In this document: positions 46,483 through 55,120 of the stretch, one piece after another
How positions within the stretch are numbered: the first letter of the stretch is position 1
How the letters are laid out: every line of letters starts with the position of its first letter
DNA from: Gemmatimonadales bacterium
GTDB lineage: Bacteria > Gemmatimonadota > Glassbacteria > GWA2-58-10
DNA length: 64,000 bases
Assembly (NCBI GenBank): GCA_024278175.1
Contig: JAJRTS010000101.1
Location: 25,950 to 89,949, forward strand
Reading direction: 5' to 3'
The notes under the pieces: model-generated
Told to the model about the DNA's origin: nothing
Databases searched by the model: none
Seen by the model: only the letters and a program-made list of their open reading frames with translations
Position numbers and translations under genes: made by a program

Positions 46483-48776
46483 TTGCGCCCCTCTCCCCCT
46501 GCGTTCAGCTCGCGCAGCCTTTTCAGCGCCCGGTTTGCCGCGGCCGTATCGCCGGTGGCGGCCAACGCATCAGCCAGCGAACGCAGCACCGCCGGGTCCG
46601 TTCCACCGGCAAGCGAATCCGCCCGCCTGTAATGCAAAACGGCCTCGCCGGCGCGGCCCAGCTGAGCCAGCAGGTTGCCGCGATTGAAATAGGCGTCCAC
46701 GTAGGCGCTGTCCAGCCCGATCGCCCGGCTGAAAAACGAGTCGGCCAGAGCGAAACGGCCAAGCTGCTGAAGCACCACGGCGGAGTTACTCCAGGCCCGG
46801 GGCAGGGTGGAGTCCCGTTCGGCCATCCGCCGGAAATAACGCAGGCTCCGCTCCAGCTCTCCCAACCTGAAATAATGGGCGCCCATGAATTCCAGCCCGC
46901 CCATGCTCAGTCTGCCAATATCGTAGCGTGAATATATCTCCAGCGCCTGCTGTCCGCGCCCGGTCCGCTCCAGGAGCGCGGCCAGTTTCTGACGGGTGTC
47001 GGCGGTCCGCAGGCCGGTGGCCAGTGCGCGGCGATAAAGCTCCTCGGCCCGCCCGAACTCTCCGGCCTTTTTTTTCATCTCCGCCAGCGCGACATACGGC
47101 TCCGGCAGGTAATCATGAGATTCGATCAGGCTCAGATACACGCGCTCGGCTTCCTGATTATTATCTTCCATCCGATAAAGCGCGGCCATGTTCAACCGCG
47201 CCAGCGGATCAGCGGGCATTCTCGCTACCCAGTCTTCCACTACTTCGCGAACGGCCGTCGTATCCTGCTGCTGAAAATAGTAGCGGGCCAGCGCGGAGAG
47301 GAATTCGTCGTTGCCGGGCTCGAACATCCGTCCCAGCTTCGCCAGTTCGGCCATCTGCGCCTTGTCACCGCGCCGCTCGCTGATATACATCGCCCCCCTG
47401 ATCGCCTTGGTATTGGGCCTGCCACTCTCGAGCAGGGGTTTGTAGAGTCGCAGGGCCTCGTCCAGCTCTCCGCTGCGAAGGTAGCTGGAGGCCAGGCCCA
47501 GCCGCGCCATTTGCAAGCCGGGATAAAGGCCGTACGTCCGTTTCCACGCACTGAGCGAATCGCTCCAGTAACCGGCCTGTTTCCAACTGACAACCGCCAG
47601 CAGCAGCAGCGAGCTGAGCGCCAGATAGCGCAGCAACAGCCTGTGCCGCCGTCCGGACAGGGATCTGTATAGCCGGAGCGCTCCCCAGGCCGCCAGAGCG
47701 GCGAACGCGGCCGAGGAGAGGTAGTAATAGCGGTCGGCCCGTTCGATCTGGATCCGGATCAGGTTGGCGTTCGGCAGCAGGGCCAGCGTGAACCAGGCCA
47801 GCGCGAACGCGTAGGGAGCGCGCCGCAGCACCGACCGGACAGTCCAGCCCAGAACCGCCACGCCGGCGATAACGTGCAACCAGAGCGATGGGTCGCCGGC
47901 GCTGAGGCTGAAACGGGGGTAGCGCAGGCAAAGATTGACCGGCAGCAACAGCTTGACCGCGCTGAACCCGTAAGCCGCGGCAAATTTTACCAATTTAGCC
48001 GGGAGCGTACTGACACCGGTGACAAGTTCGCCAACCCTGGCGGTTGTACCAACGAAATAAATCACCGCGGCGGCCGCCGGAGCGAAAAACAGCAGGTAGG
48101 CGGCTATCCGGCCCGCGTACCAGCGCTTGCCGCCGTCACTGTCGCGCAGCAGGAAATCGTAGGCCGCCAGCACCAGCGGCAGGCTGACAGCAGACGGCTT
48201 GGAACCGAGAGCCAATAAATAAAAGAAAAAGCTCAACGCAATATCGGTGGCCGAGAGCCGGTCGCGCCTGATGTAAAAATACAGCGCAGCCAGGTAGAAA
48301 AAACCGACGAACGTGTCCTTATGGCCGGTGACCCAGGCCACGACTTCCGCATGCGAGGGATGCAGGGCGAACAGCGCGGCGGCCAGCACGGCCCACGGCG
48401 CGGCCTCTGAACGTTCGCCACAGGCGCGTGAAACAACCAGCAGCCGCAGCAGCACCAGGTAGAGCATGACCACCGCGCCCAGATAGAACAACAGCGAGAC
48501 CACGTGATACGGAACCCAGTTGGCCCTGGCCCCGTAAGGAGCCAGCAGGGCCGTGGCCAGCGCCCGCACCGGCTGGTAGGTAGCCGATAACCTGGGCTTT
48601 AACGTTTCAGCCAGACCAGTCAGATCAGGTGTTTCCTGGTAGCGCTGCACACCGGCCAGCGGCTCGTCCCAGTTGACCAGCCCATAGTCCAGGGTCCTGG
48701 CATACACGGCCAGCGTTGCCATCAGCAGCACCGCCAGCAGGGCCAAGCGGCCGCTTTTACTGCTGGTCACGCTCAT
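46479..48776 (-). CDS. TMTC/DUF1736-like GT-C + TPR membrane protein (paralog 2)
   Basis: GLVNWDEPL, FALHPSHAEVVAWVTGHKDTF and ADRYYYLSSAAF motifs plus a TPR C-terminal half. Start chosen at MSVTSSKSGRLALLAVLLM (48776), overlapping the upstream gene by 20 nt. Confidence 0.75.
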   Translation of the reverse strand: MSVTSSKSGRLALLAVLLMATLAVYARTLDYGLVNWDEPLAGVQRYQETPDLTGLAETLKPRLSATYQPVRALATALLAPYGARANWVPYHVVSLLFYLGAVVMLYLVLLRLLVVSRACGERSEAAPWAVLAAALFALHPSHAEVVAWVTGHKDTFVGFFYLAALYFYIRRDRLSATDIALSFFFYLLALGSKPSAVSLPLVLAAYDFLLRDSDGGKRWYAGRIAAYLLFFAPAAAAVIYFVGTTARVGELVTGVSTLPAKLVKFAAAYGFSAVKLLLPVNLCLRYPRFSLSAGDPSLWLHVIAGVAVLGWTVRSVLRRAPYAFALAWFTLALLPNANLIRIQIERADRYYYLSSAAFAALAAWGALRLYRSLSGRRHRLLLRYLALSSLLLLAVVSWKQAGYWSDSLSAWKRTYGLYPGLQMARLGLASSYLRSGELDEALRLYKPLLESGRPNTKAIRGAMYISERRGDKAQMAELAKLGRMFEPGNDEFLSALARYYFQQQDTTAVREVVEDWVARMPADPLARLNMAALYRMEDNNQEAERVYLSLIESHDYLPEPYVALAEMKKKAGEFGRAEELYRRALATGLRTADTRQKLAALLERTGRGQQALEIYSRYDIGRLSMGGLEFMGAHYFRLGELERSLRYFRRMAERDSTLPRAWSNSAVVLQQLGRFALADSFFSRAIGLDSAYVDAYFNRGNLLAQLGRAGEAVLHYRRADSLAGGTDPAVLRSLADALAATGDTAAANRALKRLRELNAGGEGRK

Positions 48777-50535
48777 TGTCGCTCTCCCCGGCCGTGGCCG
48801 GAAGGTTACGCAGTGCATTGCGGATACCGGCGACTGTTTCCGCCGGTTTTCCAGCGGTGATCGCTTTATCCAGCGCCAGTTGCAACTCCGCCCGGGCGCG
48901 GGCGGCCTGGCCGCGGGCGGCATAGAGCATCCCGAGGTTGAAATGGCCCGCCCAGGCCCAGCCGTCGTCGATCCGGGCCGCCCGGCGAAAGCTGCTCTCG
49001 GCCAGGGAATCCTCGCCGGAGGAGGCCATGATGATCCCGCGCTTGATCCACACCTCGGCGCGGTCGGGCCGCAACCGGAGCGCCCTGCCGATCAACTGCC
49101 TGGCCAGCCCGGCATGCCCCTGGCCCAGCATCAGGGTCGAGAGGTTGGCGTACGCATCGCCATAATCCGGATTTATCTCCAGCGCCCGGCGATAGTGCTC
49201 GATAGCCTTGTCCTTCTCGCCACGCTCGGCAAGGGCGGCGGCCAGGTTGAAATGCCCCAGGCCGTGAGCGGGATAGACCTTCACCACCCGGCCCCAGAGA
49301 CTCGCGCTGGAGCGCCAGTCGTGCTGGCGCGCCAGCGCGAACGCGGCCAGAGCCGAGAGGGCAAGCAGTAGCAGCGCGAAGGCAAACGGCGCCACCGTTT
49401 TTCCGGAGGCCCGGTGTGCAACCAGGTTGCCGAACCCCGCGCCGGCGGCCAGAGCTAACGCCATGCCCGGCAGATAAAGATACCTGTCAGCCAACAGGGT
49501 GCTGGTCTCGACAAGACCGCTGGTGGGCAGCAGCGTCACCACGAAAAACAGCAGCAAAAACCAGCGCGTGTCCCTGCCGCGCGCCAATCTGAGCATCGCC
49601 CAACCGGCGGCACAGCAAAACACCAGCCAGCCAAGCGAGCGGGCGAGATCAAGCTCCACGGGAACATCCAGCGGATAACGCGCGCACAGATTGACCGGCA
49701 GCAGCAGCTTTAGCACGGACTTGCCCAGCACAACCGGCAGGAACGCCAGCCGGGACACCAGCGGAGCATCTCCCGCCGCACCCGCGCCAAGCCTGACAGT
49801 AGAGATGAACAACAACTGAAACGCCAGGGCCGCGGCGGGCAGGAAAAAGGGCGCGAGCCGCAGCGCCGTCCCCCCGGCTGAGCTTCTCGGGCGCTCCGGA
49901 GCCAGTCCCGGAGTGCCGAGCAGTTCCCAGAGCGCCAGCACCAGCGGCAACGAGACAGCCGCCGGCTGACTGAGCAACGCGGCCACGAACAGCAGCAGGC
50001 AGAGCCAGTAAAAAAGCTCTCCCCTGCCGGAGCGAAAGCGGAAGTAACAGATCAGCGAGCAGAGGTAAAACAGCCCCATCAGGGTAACCTTGCTCCCCTG
50101 GTGCCAACTGACGACTTCGACATGGACGGGATGGAACGCGAACAGAGCGGTTGCCGCCAGAGCCGCCACAAAATTGCCGCCGTCGCGCCCGTCCAGCAGC
50201 AGTGACGCCAACCTGAAGAAGAGCAGGATATTGGCCAGATACAGCAGCAGATTCAGCAGCAGAAAACCGGCCGGCCTGGTACCCTGGACGGCGTAGACAA
50301 GGCTGAAAGCGAGCGAGCGCAACGGCTGGTAGCTGGAGCCGATTCCTCCCTCGGGCACGAACGTGCGGAAGATACTGCCTGCCGTAAGCTGGCGGATATG
50401 GGGGTTTTCCGTAATTATCCTGTCATCCAGGCCCACAAAACCGCCGCCCAGCGATGGCAGAAAAACAGCAGTGGCCAGCAGTAGCAGCAATACCAGCCAC
50501 AGCGATGAACCGTGTTTGATTGGTTTTACCAGCAT
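48757..50535 (-). CDS. TMTC/DUF1736-like GT-C + TPR membrane protein (paralog 1, shorter TPR region)
   Basis: GFVGLDDRIITENP, FAFHPVHVEVVSWHQGSKVTL and ADRYLYLPGMAL motifs, then TPRs (GHFNLAAALAERGEKDKAIEHYRRALEINPDYGDAYANL). Start chosen at MLVKPIKHGSSLWLVLLLLL (50535). Confidence 0.75.
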   Translation of the reverse strand: MLVKPIKHGSSLWLVLLLLLATAVFLPSLGGGFVGLDDRIITENPHIRQLTAGSIFRTFVPEGGIGSSYQPLRSLAFSLVYAVQGTRPAGFLLLNLLLYLANILLFFRLASLLLDGRDGGNFVAALAATALFAFHPVHVEVVSWHQGSKVTLMGLFYLCSLICYFRFRSGRGELFYWLCLLLFVAALLSQPAAVSLPLVLALWELLGTPGLAPERPRSSAGGTALRLAPFFLPAAALAFQLLFISTVRLGAGAAGDAPLVSRLAFLPVVLGKSVLKLLLPVNLCARYPLDVPVELDLARSLGWLVFCCAAGWAMLRLARGRDTRWFLLLFFVVTLLPTSGLVETSTLLADRYLYLPGMALALAAGAGFGNLVAHRASGKTVAPFAFALLLLALSALAAFALARQHDWRSSASLWGRVVKVYPAHGLGHFNLAAALAERGEKDKAIEHYRRALEINPDYGDAYANLSTLMLGQGHAGLARQLIGRALRLRPDRAEVWIKRGIIMASSGEDSLAESSFRRAARIDDGWAWAGHFNLGMLYAARGQAARARAELQLALDKAITAGKPAETVAGIRNALRNLPATAGESDNERDQQ

Positions 50536-50657
50536 CGCCCCGCGTTTACCCGGCCCCGATGTTATCCGCGGGCCGCCTGGTGAACTGAAACTGACGAGCG
50601 CACTCAACTCTTCCGTATTCAACGCAAGATTACGCAAGATTCAGGCCCACGCCGGTT

Positions 50658-51989
50658 TCAGCAGGCGGAGACCGCAACCCTTTCGCACTCGCGCTCCAGG
50701 GTGCTGAGCGCACCGAGCAGTTCCTCCACCCTGGCCGCATCGCTCGAGCGGCCGCCCCCACCGGCGGATGCTATTTCCTCCAGCCTCATCCAGAGAGCGT
50801 TCAGCGCAAGGTCAGCCTCGGCTATACCGAAATCAGCGGAGAGGCGCAGCAGGTATTCCACCCAGTCGCGCAGCATCCTGGCCGTGCGCGCGGAAGAAGC
50901 CCCCTCCAGGCGGTCGGCGTTGTTGTGGATCGCCTCGGCGGCCTCCAGACAGCACTCGCTGAAATAGACCTCGGACAACCAGCCCTCGCTGGCGCTCTCC
51001 CCGACAATATCCTCCGGCCTCCGGGCGGCCGCACAATTCTCTTCGGCTGTGTCCCGCCGCTCAATGATACGGTCATCGCCGGCCGGACCCTGCTCACCAA
51101 CCGGAGTGGGCGCAGCGGGAGATTCATCAAGCGCCGGAGGAGCCTCCTGCTCCCCTCCCGGCGGCGGCCCGGGTTCAGTGGTTTCGACCTCCTGGGCCGG
51201 CGGAGACTCCAGGGAGGCGGAAGACTGCTCCAGCAAAAAGTCCCTGTCAGGCTCCGGTTCGTCGGGCTCCAACTCACCGCCGATAAAGGATGTGAGGGTT
51301 TCCGTTTCCTGGTCGTCCTCGGGCGAGTGGGGAATGAACCTGCTGACCTGGCTGAACCACTCGTCGATGGAGGCGGAGATGTCTTCCTCGGGCTGCGGCT
51401 GCTGTGAGGGTTTAAGTTCCGGGCTCCCGCCATCCTCGACATTGTCCCAGGCGGCGATCATGCGCAGCACCCGGTTACCGGCTTCCCTGCACCATTGGAG
51501 GGTTTCCTCGTCACTCTCCCCGCCCGCCAGTTTTTCCATGCCCTGCATCACCCGGCCAAGCGCAAGTTTCTCCGGCTGGGACAGCTCCGTGCCTCCCCGG
51601 CGGGCAGCCGCCTCGTACGCGCCGCGGACCACCCTGAACATGGCTGTAAACTCCTGCTCCACCGCCCCCAGCCCGGTGCCCCACAACTCACGCCAACCGT
51701 GCCACAGATCATCGACTAGCGCCTGAGCGCCCTCCAGGGAGCCGAACCGGTCCAGTTCCCCGCGAAGGATGTCCACCACCTTGGACGCCTCAATCTGGAA
51801 ATAGGTCAATCGCTCTTCGAGATCCAACCCATCGCCGGTGAATCCCGGACTCTGCCGGGGCACCGGACTCATTGACGGGGAATTGAAATCGAGCTCAAGG
51901 TTCCGGCTGAATATCGAACCCTCGCCTTCGTGCTGAAAGTCGGGACAGTCCTTGCCGCCGTCGCCGGCGTTGCCACGCTCCACGGTCAT
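50658..51989 (-). CDS. hypothetical acidic protein (no recognisable domain)
   Basis: 443-aa ORF with protein-like helical N- and C-terminal parts and a central Pro/Glu/Asp-rich disordered region. No signal peptide or TM segment seen. Sits directly upstream of the three GT-C/TPR genes on the same strand. Confidence 0.5.
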   Translation of the reverse strand: MTVERGNAGDGGKDCPDFQHEGEGSIFSRNLELDFNSPSMSPVPRQSPGFTGDGLDLEERLTYFQIEASKVVDILRGELDRFGSLEGAQALVDDLWHGWRELWGTGLGAVEQEFTAMFRVVRGAYEAAARRGGTELSQPEKLALGRVMQGMEKLAGGESDEETLQWCREAGNRVLRMIAAWDNVEDGGSPELKPSQQPQPEEDISASIDEWFSQVSRFIPHSPEDDQETETLTSFIGGELEPDEPEPDRDFLLEQSSASLESPPAQEVETTEPGPPPGGEQEAPPALDESPAAPTPVGEQGPAGDDRIIERRDTAEENCAAARRPEDIVGESASEGWLSEVYFSECCLEAAEAIHNNADRLEGASSARTARMLRDWVEYLLRLSADFGIAEADLALNALWMRLEEIASAGGGGRSSDAARVEELLGALSTLERECERVAVSAC

Positions 51990-52027
51990 CGGTTATCTCC
52001 CGAACTGAGGGGTTGGAATTGCGCACT

Positions 52028-52897
52028 TTATCCGTCGGGGCCATCGCCGCTGCCGCCCGGCGGCACCCGCACGTTGTCGATCAGCCTGGTTGCGCCCAGT
52101 TGCAGCGCCGCGGCCAGATAAGCGCAGCCTGCCGCCTCATCGGCCGCGGCAAGTTCATTATCCAGGGCCTCCAGATACTCCAGCCGTCCACCGGTTTTCC
52201 GCTCGATTTCCTCCCGGGCCGCCGCCAGGGCTGCGGAGATTTGGCGCTGGCCGCCAGCGATTTGCGCGGCGGCCCGCATCAGCACGGCGTACATCCCGGG
52301 GGCGGCCGCGCGCCGGGACTCGTCCAGATAGACATTGCGCGAACTCATCGCCAGCCCGTCGGGCTCACGCACCAGGGGGCCCTCGATAATTTCCACCGGG
52401 AAATCGAGATCGCGCACCATCCGGCGGATAACCATCAACTGCTGAAGGTCCTTGCGGCCGAAAACGGCCAGATCGGGCTGGACAATATTCAGCAGCTTGG
52501 TAACCACGGTTGTTACGCCCCGAAAGTGGCCGGGTCTCGATGCGCCGCAAAGCCCCTGGCCAAGCTCGGTTTCCTCCACGAAAGTGCTGCACCCCGGGGC
52601 GTACATCTCATCCACCGCCGGCGCGAACAGCAAGTCCACGCCCGCGCCCGCGGCCAGTTCCCTGTCGCGCTGTTCGTGGCGGGGGTAGCTCTCCAGGTCC
52701 TCGCCCGGTCCGAACTGGATCGGGTTGACAAACAGGCTGGCCACCGTGAACCCGGCGCGCCCGGCGCAAAGCCGCATCAGCGTCAGGTGCCCCTCGTGAA
52801 AACCGCCCATCGTGGGCACCAACCCGATTATTTTTTCCCCGGCCCGCCGGCCGGCCACGGCCCGGCGCACTTCGTCCTTTGTCCTGACAAGCTCCAT
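52028..52897 (-). CDS. panC: pantoate--beta-alanine ligase
   Basis: IGLVPTMGGFHEGHLTLM (HIGH-type motif), GHFRGVTTVVTKL and REPDGLAMSSRN. Start chosen at MELVRTKDE (52897), just after the folK stop. Confidence 0.9.
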   Translation of the reverse strand: MELVRTKDEVRRAVAGRRAGEKIIGLVPTMGGFHEGHLTLMRLCAGRAGFTVASLFVNPIQFGPGEDLESYPRHEQRDRELAAGAGVDLLFAPAVDEMYAPGCSTFVEETELGQGLCGASRPGHFRGVTTVVTKLLNIVQPDLAVFGRKDLQQLMVIRRMVRDLDFPVEIIEGPLVREPDGLAMSSRNVYLDESRRAAAPGMYAVLMRAAAQIAGGQRQISAALAAAREEIERKTGGRLEYLEALDNELAAADEAAGCAYLAAALQLGATRLIDNVRVPPGGSGDGPDG

Positions 52898-52901
52898 CGC
52901 C

Positions 52902-53354
52902 TCAGCCTTCCTCCCGGCCATACTCATCCCACCCGTGCAGAAACCGGCTGTCGATCTCGGCCACCATCTCCAGAAAAAACAACCTGCGCCAGATTTCTGG
53001 ATGCGGCAGCACAAGCCGCTCCGTGTCGATCCGCCGCCGGCCGTAAAACAGAATATCGATATCAATCACACGCGGCCCCCAGCGCACCGCGCGCACGCGG
53101 CCCATGGCCTGCTCGATAGCCAGCAGGCGGTGGAGCAACGCAGCCGGCTCCAGTTCCGTGGAAAGCCGCAGCACCTGGTTGAGAAACCGGGGCTGGCCGC
53201 GCAGGCCCACCGGCTCTGTGATCCGCTCGGCGCTGGCCGCCTCGATGGCGGTCCGCTCCAGCCGTTCTATTTTTTGCCGGGCCAGGGCCAGGCTCGCACT
53301 TTTGTGGCCCAGATTAGCGCCCAGCGAGAGAAACACATCTGTTTCGCGGCTCAA
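52902..53354 (-). CDS. folK: 2-amino-4-hydroxy-6-hydroxymethyldihydropteridine diphosphokinase
   Basis: VFLSLGANLG and RWGPRVIDIDILFYG motifs. Confidence 0.9.
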   Translation of the reverse strand: MSRETDVFLSLGANLGHKSASLALARQKIERLERTAIEAASAERITEPVGLRGQPRFLNQVLRLSTELEPAALLHRLLAIEQAMGRVRAVRWGPRVIDIDILFYGRRRIDTERLVLPHPEIWRRLFFLEMVAEIDSRFLHGWDEYGREEG

Positions 53355-53758
53355 GATTTTTTCCCGCGCCTGATTTCGATTTCCGCGAAGTCGATAAAGC
53401 CCTTGACCGGCACCCGCGGCTTGCGGCAGCGCACCGTGACTTCCCTAACCGGGAAATCCGCCAGCACCTTGTCGGCGATTTCTCCGGCCAGGCGCTCCAT
53501 CAGGTTGAAGCTGCTGTGTTCCATAATCTGCCTGACGGTTTCAAAGAGCAGCGGGTAATTGACCGTATCGCCGATTCTGTCTGATTGAGTGGCCCGCTGC
53601 AAATCCAGATAGCAGTCCACGTCGATCTCGAACAACTGTCCGACGTCTTTTTCGAACGCCAACAGTCCCGAATGCGAATAGAATTTCATGCCACTGAGCG
53701 TAAGCCGGTCCACCAGACCTCCTGTGGCTGGAAACAAAGCGCGGCTGATCTGATACAT
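53351..53758 (-). CDS. folB: dihydroneopterin aldolase
   Basis: LTLSGMKFYSHSGLLAFEKDVGQLFEIDVDCYLDL...DTVNY pattern. Start uncertain: ATG 53758, or GTG 53713 preceded by GGAGG, which gives the canonical length. Confidence 0.8.
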   Translation of the reverse strand: MYQISRALFPATGGLVDRLTLSGMKFYSHSGLLAFEKDVGQLFEIDVDCYLDLQRATQSDRIGDTVNYPLLFETVRQIMEHSSFNLMERLAGEIADKVLADFPVREVTVRCRKPRVPVKGFIDFAEIEIRRGKKS

Positions 53759-53837
53759 TACATTGAATGCTTTATATCTATTTATATTAAACATACACAC
53801 CTGCGCTGTCAACTAAACCCGCGGCACTGCGACAGAC

Positions 53838-53868
53838 AAAAAAAAAGCCCCGGGCGGATGCCCGGGGC
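53838..53868 (-). terminator. rho-independent terminator after rpmA
   Basis: Stem gccccggg (53847-53854) / cccggggc (53861-53868), followed on the minus strand by nine T (53846-53838). Confidence 0.8.
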
Positions 53869-53900
53869 TTTACGCAGATCAAAACCTGATGAGCGCTATC

Positions 53901-54167
53901 TCAGTTCTGTGCTCCAGCCGGATAGACCGAAACTTTTTTGCGGGTCTTGTCCTTGCGCTCGAACTTCACAACACCATCGATCAGCGAAAAGATCGTATGG
54001 TCCCTGCCCAGACCCACGTTGCTGCCCGGGTGAAGCCGTGTGCCGCGCTGCCGGACGATAATCGAACCGGCGGAAACACTCTGGCCGGCGAACACTTTAA
54101 CGCCCAGGTATTGAGCATTGCTGTCGCGCCCGTTGCGGGAACTTCCCACGCCCTTTTTATGGGCCAT
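53901..54167 (-). CDS. rpmA: 50S ribosomal protein L27
   Basis: [24 protein letters not shown]. There is no N-terminal pro-peptide, consistent with the absence of a ysxB/prp gene between rplU and rpmA. Confidence 0.93.
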   Translation of the reverse strand: MAHKKGVGSSRNGRDSNAQYLGVKVFAGQSVSAGSIIVRQRGTRLHPGSNVGLGRDHTIFSLIDGVVKFERKDKTRKKVSVYPAGAQN

Positions 54168-54229
54168 GATAATCTCCTGATGTAGATCTTTACCGGAAAA
54201 CTAAAGTCACAATCGAGACCGAAAATCAA

Positions 54230-55006
54230 TCAAGCCTTGTCGGCATCACCCGGTTCGCCGGCCTTTTTAGCGGCCTTCTCAGCCTTTTTGGCGGCGGGCT
54301 TTTTTGCTTTGGCGCCCTTGTCGGCATCCCCGGCCTTTTTAGCTGCCGGAGCAGCCTTCTTCGCCACCGCGGGCTTTTTTGCCTTGGCGTCTTTGGCAGC
54401 ATCCACGGCCTTTTTAGCCGCGGCGGGTTTTTTTGCCTTGGCGGTCTTGTCAGCATCCCCGGCCTTTTTAGCTGCCGCCGCAGGTTTTTTTGCCTTGGCG
54501 GCCTTGTCAGCATCCACGGCCTTTTTGGCCGCCGGCGCGGGTTTGGCCTTGACCGGCTTGTCAGCATCTGCGGCCTTTTTAGCTGCCGCCGCAGGTTTGG
54601 CCTTGACCGCCTTGTCCGGAGCCGCTTGAGCGACCGGGGCCTGTTCGGCCTTGTCCTGCTTCTTCGCTTCCTCGACCTTTCGGGCCTTCACAGCCCCCAG
54701 GACGATCTTGCCGATCTCCAGTTCGGTAAAGCTCTGGCGATGGCCCAACGTACGGCGGTAATCCTTACGCCGCTTGTACTTGATGATCTTGATCTTCTTG
54801 TCCTTGCCGTGACGCACCACGACGGCCTCGGCATAGGCGCCATCGACCAGCGGGGTTCCAACCTGAATCTTGTCCCCGTCGGCTACCAGCAGAATTTCCT
54901 CCAGCTTCACCTTCTCCCCCACATTGCTGCTCAGGGAGGGGACGCGTATCACACCGTCAGGCTGGATCTTAAATTGTTTTCCGCCACTTCTCGCTATCGC
55001 ATACAT
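54230..55006 (-). CDS. rplU: 50S ribosomal protein L21 with ~155-aa Lys/Ala-rich repetitive C-terminal extension
   Basis: L21 core MYAIARSGGKQFKIQPDGVIRV...KYKRRKDYRRTLGHRQSFTELEIGKI (about 103 aa), followed by repeats of KAKKPAAAAKKAGDADK type. Confidence 0.9.
   Translation of the reverse strand: MYAIARSGGKQFKIQPDGVIRVPSLSSNVGEKVKLEEILLVADGDKIQVGTPLVDGAYAEAVVVRHGKDKKIKIIKYKRRKDYRRTLGHRQSFTELEIGKIVLGAVKARKVEEAKKQDKAEQAPVAQAAPDKAVKAKPAAAAKKAADADKPVKAKPAPAAKKAVDADKAAKAKKPAAAAKKAGDADKTAKAKKPAAAKKAVDAAKDAKAKKPAVAKKAAPAAKKAGDADKGAKAKKPAAKKAEKAAKKAGEPGDADKA
54233..54620 (-). repeat. in-frame tandem DNA repeats (about six units of 54-57 bp, two longer) encoding the L21 tail
   Basis: Repeated plus-strand units such as tttttgccttggcggccttgtcagcatccacggcctttttggccgcc. 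They translate on the minus strand to KAKPAAAAKKAADADKPV / KAKPAPAAKKAVDADKAA / KAKKPAAAAKKAGDADKTA and similar. Confidence 0.8.
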
Positions 55007-55078
55007 CGAACCGCCGGCTCCTTTGAACTCGCTTCTTATTTAGAAACTGCGCTAATTTGCATGTTAAGAGAGTCCGAT

Positions 55079-55107
55079 AAAATACACCGTTCTAATCGCC
55101 AAGTCAA
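55079..55107 (-). promoter_or_regulatory. candidate sigma70-type promoter of rplU-rpmA
   Basis: On the minus strand, TTGACT (55107-55102), 17-nt spacer, TATTTT (55084-55079), about 70 nt upstream of the rplU ATG. Confidence 0.4.
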
Positions 55108-55120
55108 TAGACAATTCCGC

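Noticed and set aside
50822-51442. 206-aa alternative-frame ORF and several plus-strand ORFs inside the acidic orphan gene.
   Set aside because: They are Arg/Pro/Ser-rich frame-shifted readings of the Pro/Glu-rich region. The 443-aa frame has more protein-like termini and is the longest frame.
54226-54567. 113-aa ORF with striking PKRPWMLTRPPRQKN repeats.
   Set aside because: It is the same tandem DNA repeat read in an alternative frame of the rplU tail. The in-frame continuation of the L21 core explains the repeats.
54233-54620. Regularly spaced DNA repeats considered as a possible CRISPR array.
   Set aside because: The repeats are contiguous with no unique spacers, lie in frame inside rplU and encode the KA-rich tail. 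No cas genes are present in the window.
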